Positions 26,419 to 35,034 of a stretch of 35,237 bases of DNA are shown piece by piece. Location of the stretch: IMG/VR virus record IMGVR_UViG_3300021411_000017, positions 1 through 35,237 of that record, one strand, 5' to 3'. The position numbers were made by a program, and so were the translations under genes. This DNA comes from a virus (taxonomy: Duplodnaviria > Caudoviricetes). The first letter of the stretch is position 1; each line of letters starts with the position of its first letter. The notes under the pieces are model-generated. The model had not been told where the DNA came from, made no database searches, and saw only the letters and a list, made by a program, of their open reading frames with translations.

Positions 26419-27795
26419 TTAAGCAGTCAATACTATAGTTACTGTTGTTCCTACTGAATCAGTAACAGATACAGTTACTCCTGATACTACTAATGAACAA
26501 GGAACACAACCACCAGCTATCATCGGCCCAGTACGTTCATCAACTAATACTGCTAATCTACCGCCAATATTACCTCCAGTTGGTGGATAGCCTACACAAT
26601 CTGGAATACTAGATGCACCAGCGCCTGGCAGCTTACAAGTCATTTCTGCAGGTGTAACAACTCTACCACTACCATGACTATGCCCGTCTGCGGTAACCCA
26701 AACTGTATTACCTATATTAACATCATTACAGCCGTAGTGATAGTGATAAAAGTGGTTAATACCACTACAATTAACTCCACCTCCAGAATCACACTCATAA
26801 AGCCATGCTATATATGCTACTCCAGCTACAGCACTTCCACTATTAACTGGAGGAGTAACTGTAATAGCATCTCCACTTGCAGTAGTTCCTTTAACTCCAT
26901 TAGCACCGGCAAGTTGAACAGTTCCAGTTTTCGACCAAGTATATGGACCTCTTCCACCACATACTAATAACCTTAAAGATTTAGTAGTTGAACATTTAAG
27001 TGAGTTATTAGGGTTACAACTTTTAATAGTTAGCTGATTATTCTGACCAGGAACACAACCACAACCACCTGATCCACCACCACCAGTTCCTTCAAAAGGT
27101 CCTACAGATGGCTTACTTAGTGGTCTAGCTGGTCCAGTTGACATAGTACGTCCAGGAGCTATAGGAGCTTGTGTACACTCATCGCCACCAAATCCAGAAC
27201 CAGCAGGCCATCCACATATTCCTCTAGCTGGTCCATTAGTAGGGATTACCCAGTTTACTGATGGCTCTTGATCTCCACAATTAACTATAGAGATAGAGTT
27301 GATATCTTCACTAACAACAACTTCAAATAAAGAACAGCCAGAAGAGCAATCAAAGACAACAGACCCATTCTCTATACAGACTTCACAAGTACGAGGAGCA
27401 GTCACTTGGTCGGTAACTACTTTCTCTATCTCTTCCATTGCTGTATCTAGGGCATCTGGATCTACCGGCGTCTCTTCAGAACCAGCACCAAAACGAGGTA
27501 GAATTAGAGTGTCGCCTTGAGATGAAGGAGGAATACAAACTTGAGTAGTGACATTAACTACTGCGCTATAACTACCACCAACATCGTCACTTAATTTATA
27601 ATAGTAACGCGTACCTATTGAGAGAGTATCATCAATGTAGATTACAGTACCAACGACAGCAGAACCTATTAATGTATAGATTGAAGCATCAGTAGAACGA
27701 TAAATACCCACAACGTTAGCACCGCCATAAAGCCAACGAAGTGTTGCACTTATTTGACTATTACTTTCAACTCTAACTTGTGTAGGTGCTGCCAT
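26419..27795 (-). CDS. Cysteine-rich virion protein with N-terminal fibronectin type III domain
   Basis: APTQVRV...LRW...IYRS...YIDDTL...TRYYYKL FN3 pattern; 20 Cys in the remainder; Ig-like GGRGPYTWS...VTDSVG. Confidence 0.7.
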   Translation of the reverse strand: MAAPTQVRVESNSQISATLRWLYGGANVVGIYRSTDASIYTLIGSAVVGTVIYIDDTLSIGTRYYYKLSDDVGGSYSAVVNVTTQVCIPPSSQGDTLILPRFGAGSEETPVDPDALDTAMEEIEKVVTDQVTAPRTCEVCIENGSVVFDCSSGCSLFEVVVSEDINSISIVNCGDQEPSVNWVIPTNGPARGICGWPAGSGFGGDECTQAPIAPGRTMSTGPARPLSKPSVGPFEGTGGGGSGGCGCVPGQNNQLTIKSCNPNNSLKCSTTKSLRLLVCGGRGPYTWSKTGTVQLAGANGVKGTTASGDAITVTPPVNSGSAVAGVAYIAWLYECDSGGGVNCSGINHFYHYHYGCNDVNIGNTVWVTADGHSHGSGRVVTPAEMTCKLPGAGASSIPDCVGYPPTGGNIGGRLAVLVDERTGPMIAGGCVPCSLVVSGVTVSVTDSVGTTVTIVLTA

Positions 27796-27813
27796 TAGGT
27801 TTTAGTGTTATTT

Positions 27814-29364
27814 CTAAGCTCTCATAGCTGATGTTGATCTATCTGGTCTTGTATCTACCTGAGCAACATTAGGCTGGACTATAAAACCTACTTTTTGAAG
27901 AACAGTACGAGCTGCAGTAGTATCATGTAGAAATTCGACTCTGATATTAAAGGACTCACATAGCTGTGGAGGAATTTTAGAATCAATTGTAACATAAGCG
28001 TCATCCACGCTAGCACCACGTAGAGAGAAATAACGATCCCAAGTCCAGCCAGGGCTAAAGTCAGTAGAGATTTGAACTCTGATTCTTGAGAAGCCATTTC
28101 TCTCCAATATTAGACGAGCACCACAAAACCAACCTTCATCGTCCATTTTCTGCCAGTTAGATGTCCAATAACGTGTGGAAGGTATAGCAACTCCATCATC
28201 ATCTATTGCTGTAGAATCAAAACTTTCTACCAATGTTTCTGTAGAGACTATAAGCTCTTCTGTAGCCTGATCTGTAGATTGAAAGTTAGAGCAGCAGTTA
28301 ATAGGCTTTCCCAACTTACCTTTAACCCACTCCTTCGACTTGTAGTTATAGGCCACATAACTATCGAGTAATTGTAAGGCAAGACCAGTTCTATCATAGA
28401 ATAGGTAGTATCGGTCTTCATTGAGATTCACCATTCCTCGAGCATATTGTAACTTGTTGAGAGGGATAGTAGCTCGTAGTAATTCAACGACAGCAGGATC
28501 ACTTACTCCATTAACTCCATTAGGATCAATCATGTAGATTATTACATCTGTACCTAAATAGAAAGCTAGAGCTTGGCCGGCTGAATCTAGACTTAATGGA
28601 GAGAGGATACCAGCTTTCCCAGCTAATAGAGATTGCTGAAAACGGATAGCTATTCCTGCAGAGGAAGAAGGGCTAAAAGTTAGAGTTACTACACCATCAC
28701 TTTTGAGGCAGAATAACACTCTACCAATAACAACAGCAGCTAGCCACGTACCGGGCGTTTCGTCGAGAACTCTGGAATTACCGCCGCATAGCGACCAGTC
28801 ATGATCCCAGTCGTCGGAGTAGTACCCTGTTCTATGGCCATCATAGATATCAGTAAACGTCCCGTCGCTAGATACGTTGAAGATAAACAAGAAGCCAAGG
28901 TAAGCGACAACTCCTTTACCAAAAGGCGCTGTTCCGGCTGCAATTTCGTCAGCGACCCCTGTTCCAGCATATTTTCTAGGTCTATTGTAGCCTTCATTAG
29001 AGTAGATAAGTGTGTCGTCAATGATAGTAAATTGGGGTCTAGTGATAGTTGTTCCATTTAGAGTTAAAGCTCCTTTTATAGAAACCCAAGCACCAGCAGA
29101 AATATGTTCTATGTCTGTTGTTAATAGGCGAATTAATTCATGAGAGCCATCAACTTGTCGATAATTGAAGAGGCCAATAATGTTAGCTGAGGAAGGAGTA
29201 GAAATAGATAGGTACTTAGACATACCACCACGACCGACAAGTCTACCATATCTGACTTTGACATTATTAAGATCCTTTGTTAGCTTAGGAGTGTCCTCAG
29301 CATTGACTATATCACTATAGCCAGCAAATCTTTCCAACCACTTGACTTTGAATTTCTCAGCCAT
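27814..29364 (-). CDS. Tail tubular protein B/nozzle (P22 gp10/T7 gp12-like)
   Basis: 516 aa, beta-rich propeller-like sequence, downstream of the adaptor gene. Confidence 0.7.
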   Translation of the reverse strand: MAEKFKVKWLERFAGYSDIVNAEDTPKLTKDLNNVKVRYGRLVGRGGMSKYLSISTPSSANIIGLFNYRQVDGSHELIRLLTTDIEHISAGAWVSIKGALTLNGTTITRPQFTIIDDTLIYSNEGYNRPRKYAGTGVADEIAAGTAPFGKGVVAYLGFLFIFNVSSDGTFTDIYDGHRTGYYSDDWDHDWSLCGGNSRVLDETPGTWLAAVVIGRVLFCLKSDGVVTLTFSPSSSAGIAIRFQQSLLAGKAGILSPLSLDSAGQALAFYLGTDVIIYMIDPNGVNGVSDPAVVELLRATIPLNKLQYARGMVNLNEDRYYLFYDRTGLALQLLDSYVAYNYKSKEWVKGKLGKPINCCSNFQSTDQATEELIVSTETLVESFDSTAIDDDGVAIPSTRYWTSNWQKMDDEGWFCGARLILERNGFSRIRVQISTDFSPGWTWDRYFSLRGASVDDAYVTIDSKIPPQLCESFNIRVEFLHDTTAARTVLQKVGFIVQPNVAQVDTRPDRSTSAMRA

Positions 29365-29678
29365 TAAGCAGCTCCACCTATCTTAGCTCGTACTCTTAAC
29401 TCAACAGTGTGTTCTTTCTTTTGGCCTGTGGTAGTACCAATACCCTGAAAAGTATAAGTGTAATCTTTACCTTCTATACCAGCAGCAAAGTTACAAGATA
29501 GTATCATGCCTGAACGAGCTATGGTAGCAACAAGAGTAGAAGTAACGTCAGTGCCAGCTTCGTCAATAGCAGTGACCGTTGAGCCTGCAGTGATAGAGGT
29601 ATCTCCAGGCAAGAAACTAGTAAAATCACGAGGATAGTTAATGAGCTCGCCAGGACGCTTATACATGACTTCATCCAT
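29364..29678 (-). CDS. Small tail structural protein (fibre-adaptor-like)
   Basis: KRPGE...Y.RDF...AGIEGKDY pattern; TAATG coupling. Confidence 0.55.
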   Translation of the reverse strand: MDEVMYKRPGELINYPRDFTSFLPGDTSITAGSTVTAIDEAGTDVTSTLVATIARSGMILSCNFAAGIEGKDYTYTFQGIGTTTGQKKEHTVELRVRAKIGGAA

Positions 29679-29702
29679 TAGATTTCCTATTTCTACCTTC
29701 TG

Positions 29703-30428
29703 TTATCTTCCATAGCCTTGTGATTGAGCAAGAGAACGTACACTAAAACTGTTAGCACCAGCATGAGGTACAAGAACAATCTTGTCTTGCCAATCTCTTT
29801 TCAAGTTTTGACGTTTTAGTTTAGCTATCTCGCCGCCTCTACCAAATGGCTTGCCTCCAAGAAGTTCACGCCAATAGACAGCTCCTTGCTGATCTTTTAG
29901 TTCTATTTCATAGCCCCAGATGATAGCTGAGTAGATTAAAGCCATTCCATAGTTTTTAGTTATATCATCTGAGAGGATATTAGTAGCTGGGTTGTCAGTC
30001 CAGTTATAATGATATAACTTCATATTGTAAGCTATATCAGGATTAGGAGGATAGACCTTGAGCGTTACATTATCTACAAGAGCTATTTCAGGAGGGCCTA
30101 TAGAGTCAGTAGGATACATAACGTCAAGCTCTTCCTGATCCATAGTGCCTAGAGTAAGAGGGCGCCATCTAGTTTCTGTAGATTTCTTGAAGTTTATAGC
30201 TCTAGCGTCTTTGAAGTTAACTATATTGACGGCTAGTGCACTTCCAATTAGATAATCTTGTGTATTGATAACTAGATTGAATGTAGTAGTAGCACGCATC
30301 CACCAGAAGTTGGCTTCACGTTCTATTAACCGGCGTCCTTCAGCTAATGCTACGTCGAGGATAACGGTAGGCAAACCCATCCTACCAAAATGCTCACGAA
30401 CTACATCTTTGATTTCACCGAGTGTCAT
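29703..30428 (-). CDS. Head-tail adaptor/tail tubular protein A
   Basis: MTLGEIKDVVR start, VYPPNPD..Y, ALIY motifs; position. Confidence 0.75.
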   Translation of the reverse strand: MTLGEIKDVVREHFGRMGLPTVILDVALAEGRRLIEREANFWWMRATTTFNLVINTQDYLIGSALAVNIVNFKDARAINFKKSTETRWRPLTLGTMDQEELDVMYPTDSIGPPEIALVDNVTLKVYPPNPDIAYNMKLYHYNWTDNPATNILSDDITKNYGMALIYSAIIWGYEIELKDQQGAVYWRELLGGKPFGRGGEIAKLKRQNLKRDWQDKIVLVPHAGANSFSVRSLAQSQGYGR

Positions 30429-30763
30429 TATCTTATACCTTTTGTTATAGCAGTCTTACCAGCTTGCTCAATAATAGGTAATAGCTTATCGAGTACTTTA
30501 CCATTAAGTTCCTGCATCTTAATGTTTGATTTTAGCAAGTCAGCTGATGTGCCTGATTTTTCTTCTCTTAGTTTGAAGTTGATAGCACCTTTGCTATCAG
30601 CAGTATATTCTATCTCTAAGCCAGTAACTTCCTTGTCACTTTCAATAGTGAATACTTTATCACCTACTTTATAAGTAGCTATGGTTTTTGCAGATCTAGC
30701 AGCGCAGGAAAGAGATAGGAAAGATAAAGTTAGTAATACAATTATAGTTTTCTTGTTGGACAT
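30428..30763 (-). CDS. Lipoprotein (possibly spanin-like or exclusion protein)
   Basis: Signal peptide MSNKKTIIVLLTLSFLSLS-C20 with lipobox. Confidence 0.7.
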   Translation of the reverse strand: MSNKKTIIVLLTLSFLSLSCAARSAKTIATYKVGDKVFTIESDKEVTGLEIEYTADSKGAINFKLREEKSGTSADLLKSNIKMQELNGKVLDKLLPIIEQAGKTAITKGIR

Positions 30764-30778
30764 TTTTCTCCTTTATCT

Positions 30779-30816
30779 ATAAAATGGGCCGGGACTTCTA
30801 GGTGGAACCGGCGACC
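30779..30816 (-). terminator. Probable intrinsic terminator
   Basis: On the - strand a GCCGG/CCGGC stem with inner UUC/GAA pairs is followed by CCAUUUUAU. Confidence 0.45.
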
Positions 30817-30862
30817 TTAGACGGATGCATGGATCAGCTAGCTTTGCAATATTCCTTGCCTA

Positions 30863-31051
30863 CTAAACGACAGGCGGAGGATTTGGTACAGTAGGATCAG
30901 CAGTGACTGAAAGATCAGTCAAAGCAGCTTCTACTTCCGTTTCATCAGCAGCTGACATTCCGCCAGCAGCCTTAGCTTGCTGCAGCGCAATTACTTTTGC
31001 TTTTGCATCTGCAATCTGCTGAAGCATACTTTCTTTCGTAGGATTAGCCAT
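30863..31051 (-). CDS. Small Ala-rich helical protein
   Basis: AAGGAGG SD. Confidence 0.7.
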   Translation of the reverse strand: MANPTKESMLQQIADAKAKVIALQQAKAAGGMSAADETEVEAALTDLSVTADPTVPNPPPVV

Positions 31052-31077
31052 AATTATATTCCTCCTTTCTTGTTAAG

Positions 31078-31251
31078 TTAGGATGCAGTCTTATCAAGAT
31101 CAGTAACTGCATCGGATACTTCTTTTTCTTCTTCCAAGTCCATTCCACTTACTAGCTCTACTTTGATAGGAGTGACTTCTATCTTCAAGGGCTCGAAGTG
31201 AAAGTGGAAGTGAAAGTCAGCACGTGAAGGGATTCTGCCTAGTAATGACAT
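31078..31251 (-). CDS. 57-aa protein with an FHFHFHF motif, not in the ORF track
   Basis: MSLLGRIPSRADFHFHFHFEPLKIEVTPIKVELVSGMDLEEEKEVSDAVTDLDKTAS; AAGGA SD; fills the gap. Confidence 0.7.
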   Translation of the reverse strand: MSLLGRIPSRADFHFHFHFEPLKIEVTPIKVELVSGMDLEEEKEVSDAVTDLDKTAS

Positions 31252-31260
31252 AGGTAATCC

Positions 31261-31617
31261 TTACCAACCAACAGCTTCTGCATAGAGCGTTTGAGCAGCG
31301 ACAGTTACGCCAGTCAATTCAGCAGAGACACCAGTAACGGCATCATCTACCCAGGCACGTAACTTCTTGTTTGCGAAGTCATACCGCCATAGAATAGTAA
31401 CAGCAGAGCCACTATCAAGTAGGACTAGGTATTCGAGCTCGCGCTTCATCCCAAACTTAGGATAAGTAGGGAGAGGCACGCCAAGGGCAGGATAAGTTAA
31501 AGCGCCATCACCAAACTGAATCTTGACCGTATTACGTAAGATAGCACCAGGCGAGGCGCGAATGAGACGATTCTTGACGACAGTAATAGTAACATCACCA
31601 ACAGCGATTCCAGCCAT
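31261..31617 (-). CDS. Capsid decoration/minor virion protein
   Basis: Y...GVP...YDFANKKLRAW...AEL pattern; position after the capsid gene. Confidence 0.6.
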   Translation of the reverse strand: MAGIAVGDVTITVVKNRLIRASPGAILRNTVKIQFGDGALTYPALGVPLPTYPKFGMKRELEYLVLLDSGSAVTILWRYDFANKKLRAWVDDAVTGVSAELTGVTVAAQTLYAEAVGW

Positions 31618-31662
31618 TTTGCATTCTCCGCATGGGCATTTTGGCTACCCATTAGTTAAGGA

Positions 31663-31765
31663 AGTTGGCGCTCTAGCCTTTTGCAAGGAGCTTCTCATTA
31701 TTATATGAGTTTAGCAAGGATTGGAAAGCTCAGGAGTAGAAAACCAATCCACTAGAGCACAAACT
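31663..31765 (-). ncRNA. Putative structured cis-RNA (three-way junction with loop-loop complementarity)
   Basis: Stems 31668-77/31751-60, 31718-24/31744-50, 31681-84/31714-17, 31694-98/31705-09; GAGCUU/AAGCUC cross-pairing. Confidence 0.5.
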
Positions 31766-31788
31766 GGTTGATTAGTTAACCGTCCTTG

Positions 31789-32307
31789 TTAGTAAAGTAC
31801 AGTCTCCACTTCGCACCATACCTTGGAAGATATGGGCTTGAATCCACCAAACTTTACAACAGCAAAAGGAACGTAAGCACCACCAGCAGTAGTTGCATCG
31901 GTAGACTGCTTAAATTCCAGTATATCGCCAGGAGCAAAGAGGCGATTCACACCGACAAGCTTAGCTACAACGACCTGTCCATTATCAAGATCAACATCGT
32001 TAGCTATTGCAGTGATACCAGCCTTTAGATCATTACCTTTTTTGAGAGTAGTATTGCTACTACCTAAAGTCAATGATTTCAAGACAGCCTCAGTACCACT
32101 AAGTTTGGAATTCTTGATGAGTTGGACGACTGGATCAGCAGTCTGGGCAACAAAATCTTCAGTGATATAGACACCAAAGCCAACAACTTCCATCTCAATG
32201 ACGACTGGGTACTGTTTGATAACACCGTTAGCAGCCTCAGCTTGTAGAGGAGTAAGCTCTAAGCCTAGGACTGTAATTCCAGACATACCATGAGGGATAA
32301 ACATCAT
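31789..32307 (-). CDS. Capsid-associated (cement/decoration) protein
   Basis: Beta-rich, immediately downstream of the major capsid gene. Confidence 0.55.
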   Translation of the reverse strand: MMFIPHGMSGITVLGLELTPLQAEAANGVIKQYPVVIEMEVVGFGVYITEDFVAQTADPVVQLIKNSKLSGTEAVLKSLTLGSSNTTLKKGNDLKAGITAIANDVDLDNGQVVVAKLVGVNRLFAPGDILEFKQSTDATTAGGAYVPFAVVKFGGFKPISSKVWCEVETVLY

Positions 32308-32326
32308 GAGCTAATCCTAGCCTTTC

Positions 32327-33298
32327 TTAAGCAGAGGTAAAACGGATAATATGCTCTTCGGTATCAGCAGTGAAATCCCACGGCTTTTTGAAACCCAAGA
32401 TAGCATACCAAGCTAGACCTTTATCGCGGCCATATTTGACTGCGAGCTTGTATCTAAGCTCTTCTTTAAGAGCTACGCCTTCGATTATAGAGTCATCACC
32501 AATTAACAGAGCCTCGCCAATGGTGTTAGTACCTTTAGCGTTGGAGAGGGTGTTAGGATTATCAGTGACGAGGAAGCGACAACCATAGCAGGTCTCTTCC
32601 ATGATCTCACCATTAAAGAGTTTGCGAGGATGCGCATATTTAGCAGCATCTTGAAACTCAGGATCATCAAAAAGACCGCGTTTTGCCTTGACTGACATAA
32701 TCACTACGTACTTATCATCTGGGAATTTCGGTAGGATTTTGCCAGTATTGCCAGAACCATAGAGTCCAGTTTCAGCAGCGTCAACCATTTCCTTAAGGTG
32801 AAAGTAGTTGAAATTGCTAGTAGCGGTGGTGGAAGCAGTTCCATCAACGTCCCAGACGCCTACACCAGTACCAGTAGCGATATAGCATAGCTTAGAGGTT
32901 TTCATCTCAGTAGCTACAGCTTCATCTAGGACCTGTTTCTGGTCGTTCATGATAACTTTTTGGACTGGTTGAGAAGGAGCAAACTCAGATAGAGCCTCCA
33001 ATTTACCAGTCCAAGGGATAGAATTACCCCACTCAGTGACAGTGAGACTGTCACGCACAATCGAGAATTTAGTCTCAGGAATGTCCTGAAACTCGCCAAT
33101 TTGACCGCCCTTAGTCTCAGCCATAGACACTTTATCGAAGTCTACGGAATCACCACGACCCTTACCATAGCCAGGCTCTACCCGCGTAAATTGGCGGAAG
33201 ATGTAACGGCTAGTGTTAACGTATCGTAGTTTTGAGCTAAGAGAGGGATTGGCAAAGTGGCCACCGTCAGCAGAGATGGCCCAATTTTGCCCAGGCAT
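32327..33298 (-). CDS. Major capsid protein (N4-gp56/P22-like HK97 fold)
   Basis: FRQF...GKGRGDSVDF, TVTEWGN, LFNGEI...GCRF, YGRDKGLAWY; follows the scaffold gene. Confidence 0.88.
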   Translation of the reverse strand: MPGQNWAISADGGHFANPSLSSKLRYVNTSRYIFRQFTRVEPGYGKGRGDSVDFDKVSMAETKGGQIGEFQDIPETKFSIVRDSLTVTEWGNSIPWTGKLEALSEFAPSQPVQKVIMNDQKQVLDEAVATEMKTSKLCYIATGTGVGVWDVDGTASTTATSNFNYFHLKEMVDAAETGLYGSGNTGKILPKFPDDKYVVIMSVKAKRGLFDDPEFQDAAKYAHPRKLFNGEIMEETCYGCRFLVTDNPNTLSNAKGTNTIGEALLIGDDSIIEGVALKEELRYKLAVKYGRDKGLAWYAILGFKKPWDFTADTEEHIIRFTSA

Positions 33299-33341
33299 AG
33301 ATTTCTAACCTTCTCTTTCTTACTTACTTTCTTTCCTATGA

Positions 33342-34130
33342 CTACTTAGTAGGAATACCAAAGCGAGACATCTGATCATCTTGACGCTCTTTGATGTAAG
33401 CAGCCAGTTCAGCTTCTCCTGGATCTTGAGCGATTACAGGAGTCATTGGTGGTTGACCGCCTTGAGTGTTATAACCAGGCCCGCGTGGTTGTTCTACATA
33501 GTCGCCAGAGTTTGGTGGCTGATTAGCGTTTCCTCCATTTGCAGCACGAACATTCATCAAGTAGTTACGAGTGAGCTGAGCTGCATCAGCTAGCCGGTTA
33601 GCGTAATTTTTAGAAGGATCAGTCTCACGCATGAAAGCAGAAACGACTTTCTCATGCGGAACGAGGTCAGGGTTGGCTCTCTTGAATTCATTTACAACCA
33701 TGGCGTTACCGACTACCTGCTCGACACCTTGAATTATTCGTTGAGTGAGTTGTTGCTCACGTTGCTCGAGAATTCTTTGAGGGTTAGTTAACCACTCAGT
33801 TGTGTCGATAGAGTTGTCGGCGCCGCGGCCGTAAGCGTCTCCATAAGAAGAGCCACGATTAGGCTGACCTACAGGAACATGGCCACCTTGATTATTCATA
33901 GGAGTTGCCATAGCTTGCTCCATTATACGAGTCAAGCGAGCTACGTCTTCCCTAGTAGCATGGAAGGCTTGTTCCATACCTAAGATGCCATGTTCGACTG
34001 CTTCTTCTACAGAATCATACTTACCAGCTATTTTACGAGATGGAGGATTATTGCCAACAGGCACCGTGCCGCCATCATTTGCCTGAGGCACAGCGGCTTG
34101 TGGCGTCCCAGGATTGTTACTTTCTGCCAT
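33342..34130 (-). CDS. Capsid scaffolding protein
   Basis: KIAGKYDSVEE motif, disordered plus helical segments, directly upstream of the capsid gene. Confidence 0.7.
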   Translation of the reverse strand: MAESNNPGTPQAAVPQANDGGTVPVGNNPPSRKIAGKYDSVEEAVEHGILGMEQAFHATREDVARLTRIMEQAMATPMNNQGGHVPVGQPNRGSSYGDAYGRGADNSIDTTEWLTNPQRILEQREQQLTQRIIQGVEQVVGNAMVVNEFKRANPDLVPHEKVVSAFMRETDPSKNYANRLADAAQLTRNYLMNVRAANGGNANQPPNSGDYVEQPRGPGYNTQGGQPPMTPVIAQDPGEAELAAYIKERQDDQMSRFGIPTK

Positions 34131-34152
34131 AAATCTAATAACTCCTTTTTAG

Positions 34153-34539
34153 CTATTTGTTAGATGTAGTAGGTTTAGACTGGCCTACAGCAAGCTTATG
34201 GACTTCACCTATAGGCAATTTAGGATCAATTATAGGCAATTTAGGATCAATAGATGGAACAGGAATGTTAGTCTCAATAACAGGCCAGCTCCATTGACCT
34301 TCTTTAGGTCCCATAGCTATATGATTGCACTGCCTAACATGACTATCAGGCACAAAAGTACAGATATCTATACTACCATCTGGATGAACTCTAGTGATTA
34401 TAGCAGCACAGATATCTTTGTAAGGGCCTACATGAATATGATTAACTATACGACCAACAGTAGGCTTGCGAACTTCAGCTATTGGCAATTTAGGGTTAAA
34501 AGGCGGAGTATTGCTAGGTATAGTTGATTGATCAGCCAT
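34153..34539 (-). CDS. Hypothetical phage protein (PTVGRIV...WSWP family) with internal repeats
   Basis: KPTVGRIVNH...AAIITRV...WSWP; three PKLPI motifs. Confidence 0.7.
   Translation of the reverse strand: MADQSTIPSNTPPFNPKLPIAEVRKPTVGRIVNHIHVGPYKDICAAIITRVHPDGSIDICTFVPDSHVRQCNHIAMGPKEGQWSWPVIETNIPVPSIDPKLPIIDPKLPIGEVHKLAVGQSKPTTSNK
34210..34251. repeat. Perfect 21-bp tandem duplication TATAGGCAATTTAGGATCAAT
   Basis: 34210-34230 is identical to 34231-34251; in frame, encodes IDPKLPI twice. Confidence 0.95.
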
Positions 34540-34867
34540 TTTTATTCACCTCCTTTCTTGTTAGGATAGAACCACCACTTACTATTGTTTCTAAGACGTT
34601 AGCAGCTCTAGAACCATCAGCGCGCGCGAGATCTAATTGTTTCTTTATACGCCATACTTCTGTTATCTGAGCACGTAGATCAAGCATAGAAGGGAGATCA
34701 GGAGAGACATGCTCAAAGTGATCGAGGAGAAGAGCCAAACGTCTCTCAATTTTAGGGGCAAGTACATTAGTAACAATAGTAGCTGCATAGCCTATCTCAG
34801 ATTGATCAGCAAGTTTATCAATGGCTTGCAGTCGGTTGTTCTGTGGGGATCGGTTGATGTCTTGCAT
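34532..34867 (-). CDS. Hypothetical helical protein between portal and scaffold genes
   Basis: ORF tiling and position. Confidence 0.65.
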   Translation of the reverse strand: MQDINRSPQNNRLQAIDKLADQSEIGYAATIVTNVLAPKIERRLALLLDHFEHVSPDLPSMLDLRAQITEVWRIKKQLDLARADGSRAANVLETIVSGGSILTRKEVNKNG

Positions 34868-35027
34868 TAGCTACTTTTGCTTTCTTTAAAAGATAATTAA
34901 GCTCGAAGTTTTGTTTTTTTAGTTGAGATACTTGAAGAGTTATATCATCTAAAACACGATAAGATGCATCTAGTTGAGCGCTTAGAACAATAACTTGCTT
35001 AGATAGAGCAACTGCATCGTCAGACAT
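34818..35027 (-). CDS. Small coiled-coil protein
   Basis: Leucine heptads; AAGGTG upstream. Confidence 0.55.
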   Translation of the reverse strand: MSDDAVALSKQVIVLSAQLDASYRVLDDITLQVSQLKKQNFELNYLLKKAKVANARHQPIPTEQPTASH

Positions 35028-35034
35028 AAGATCA

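Noticed and set aside
23382-27795. Diversity-generating retroelement acting on the fibre genes
   Set aside because: No reverse transcriptase and no template/variable repeat pair seen
31663-31765. Hammerhead ribozyme or purine riboswitch
   Set aside because: The CUGAnGA/GAAA core and the purine-aptamer junction residues are absent
16363-34527. Plus-strand ORFs overlapping the virion genes (e.g. 16363, 20747, 26674, 30390, 34198)
   Set aside because: Antisense shadows with no independent support
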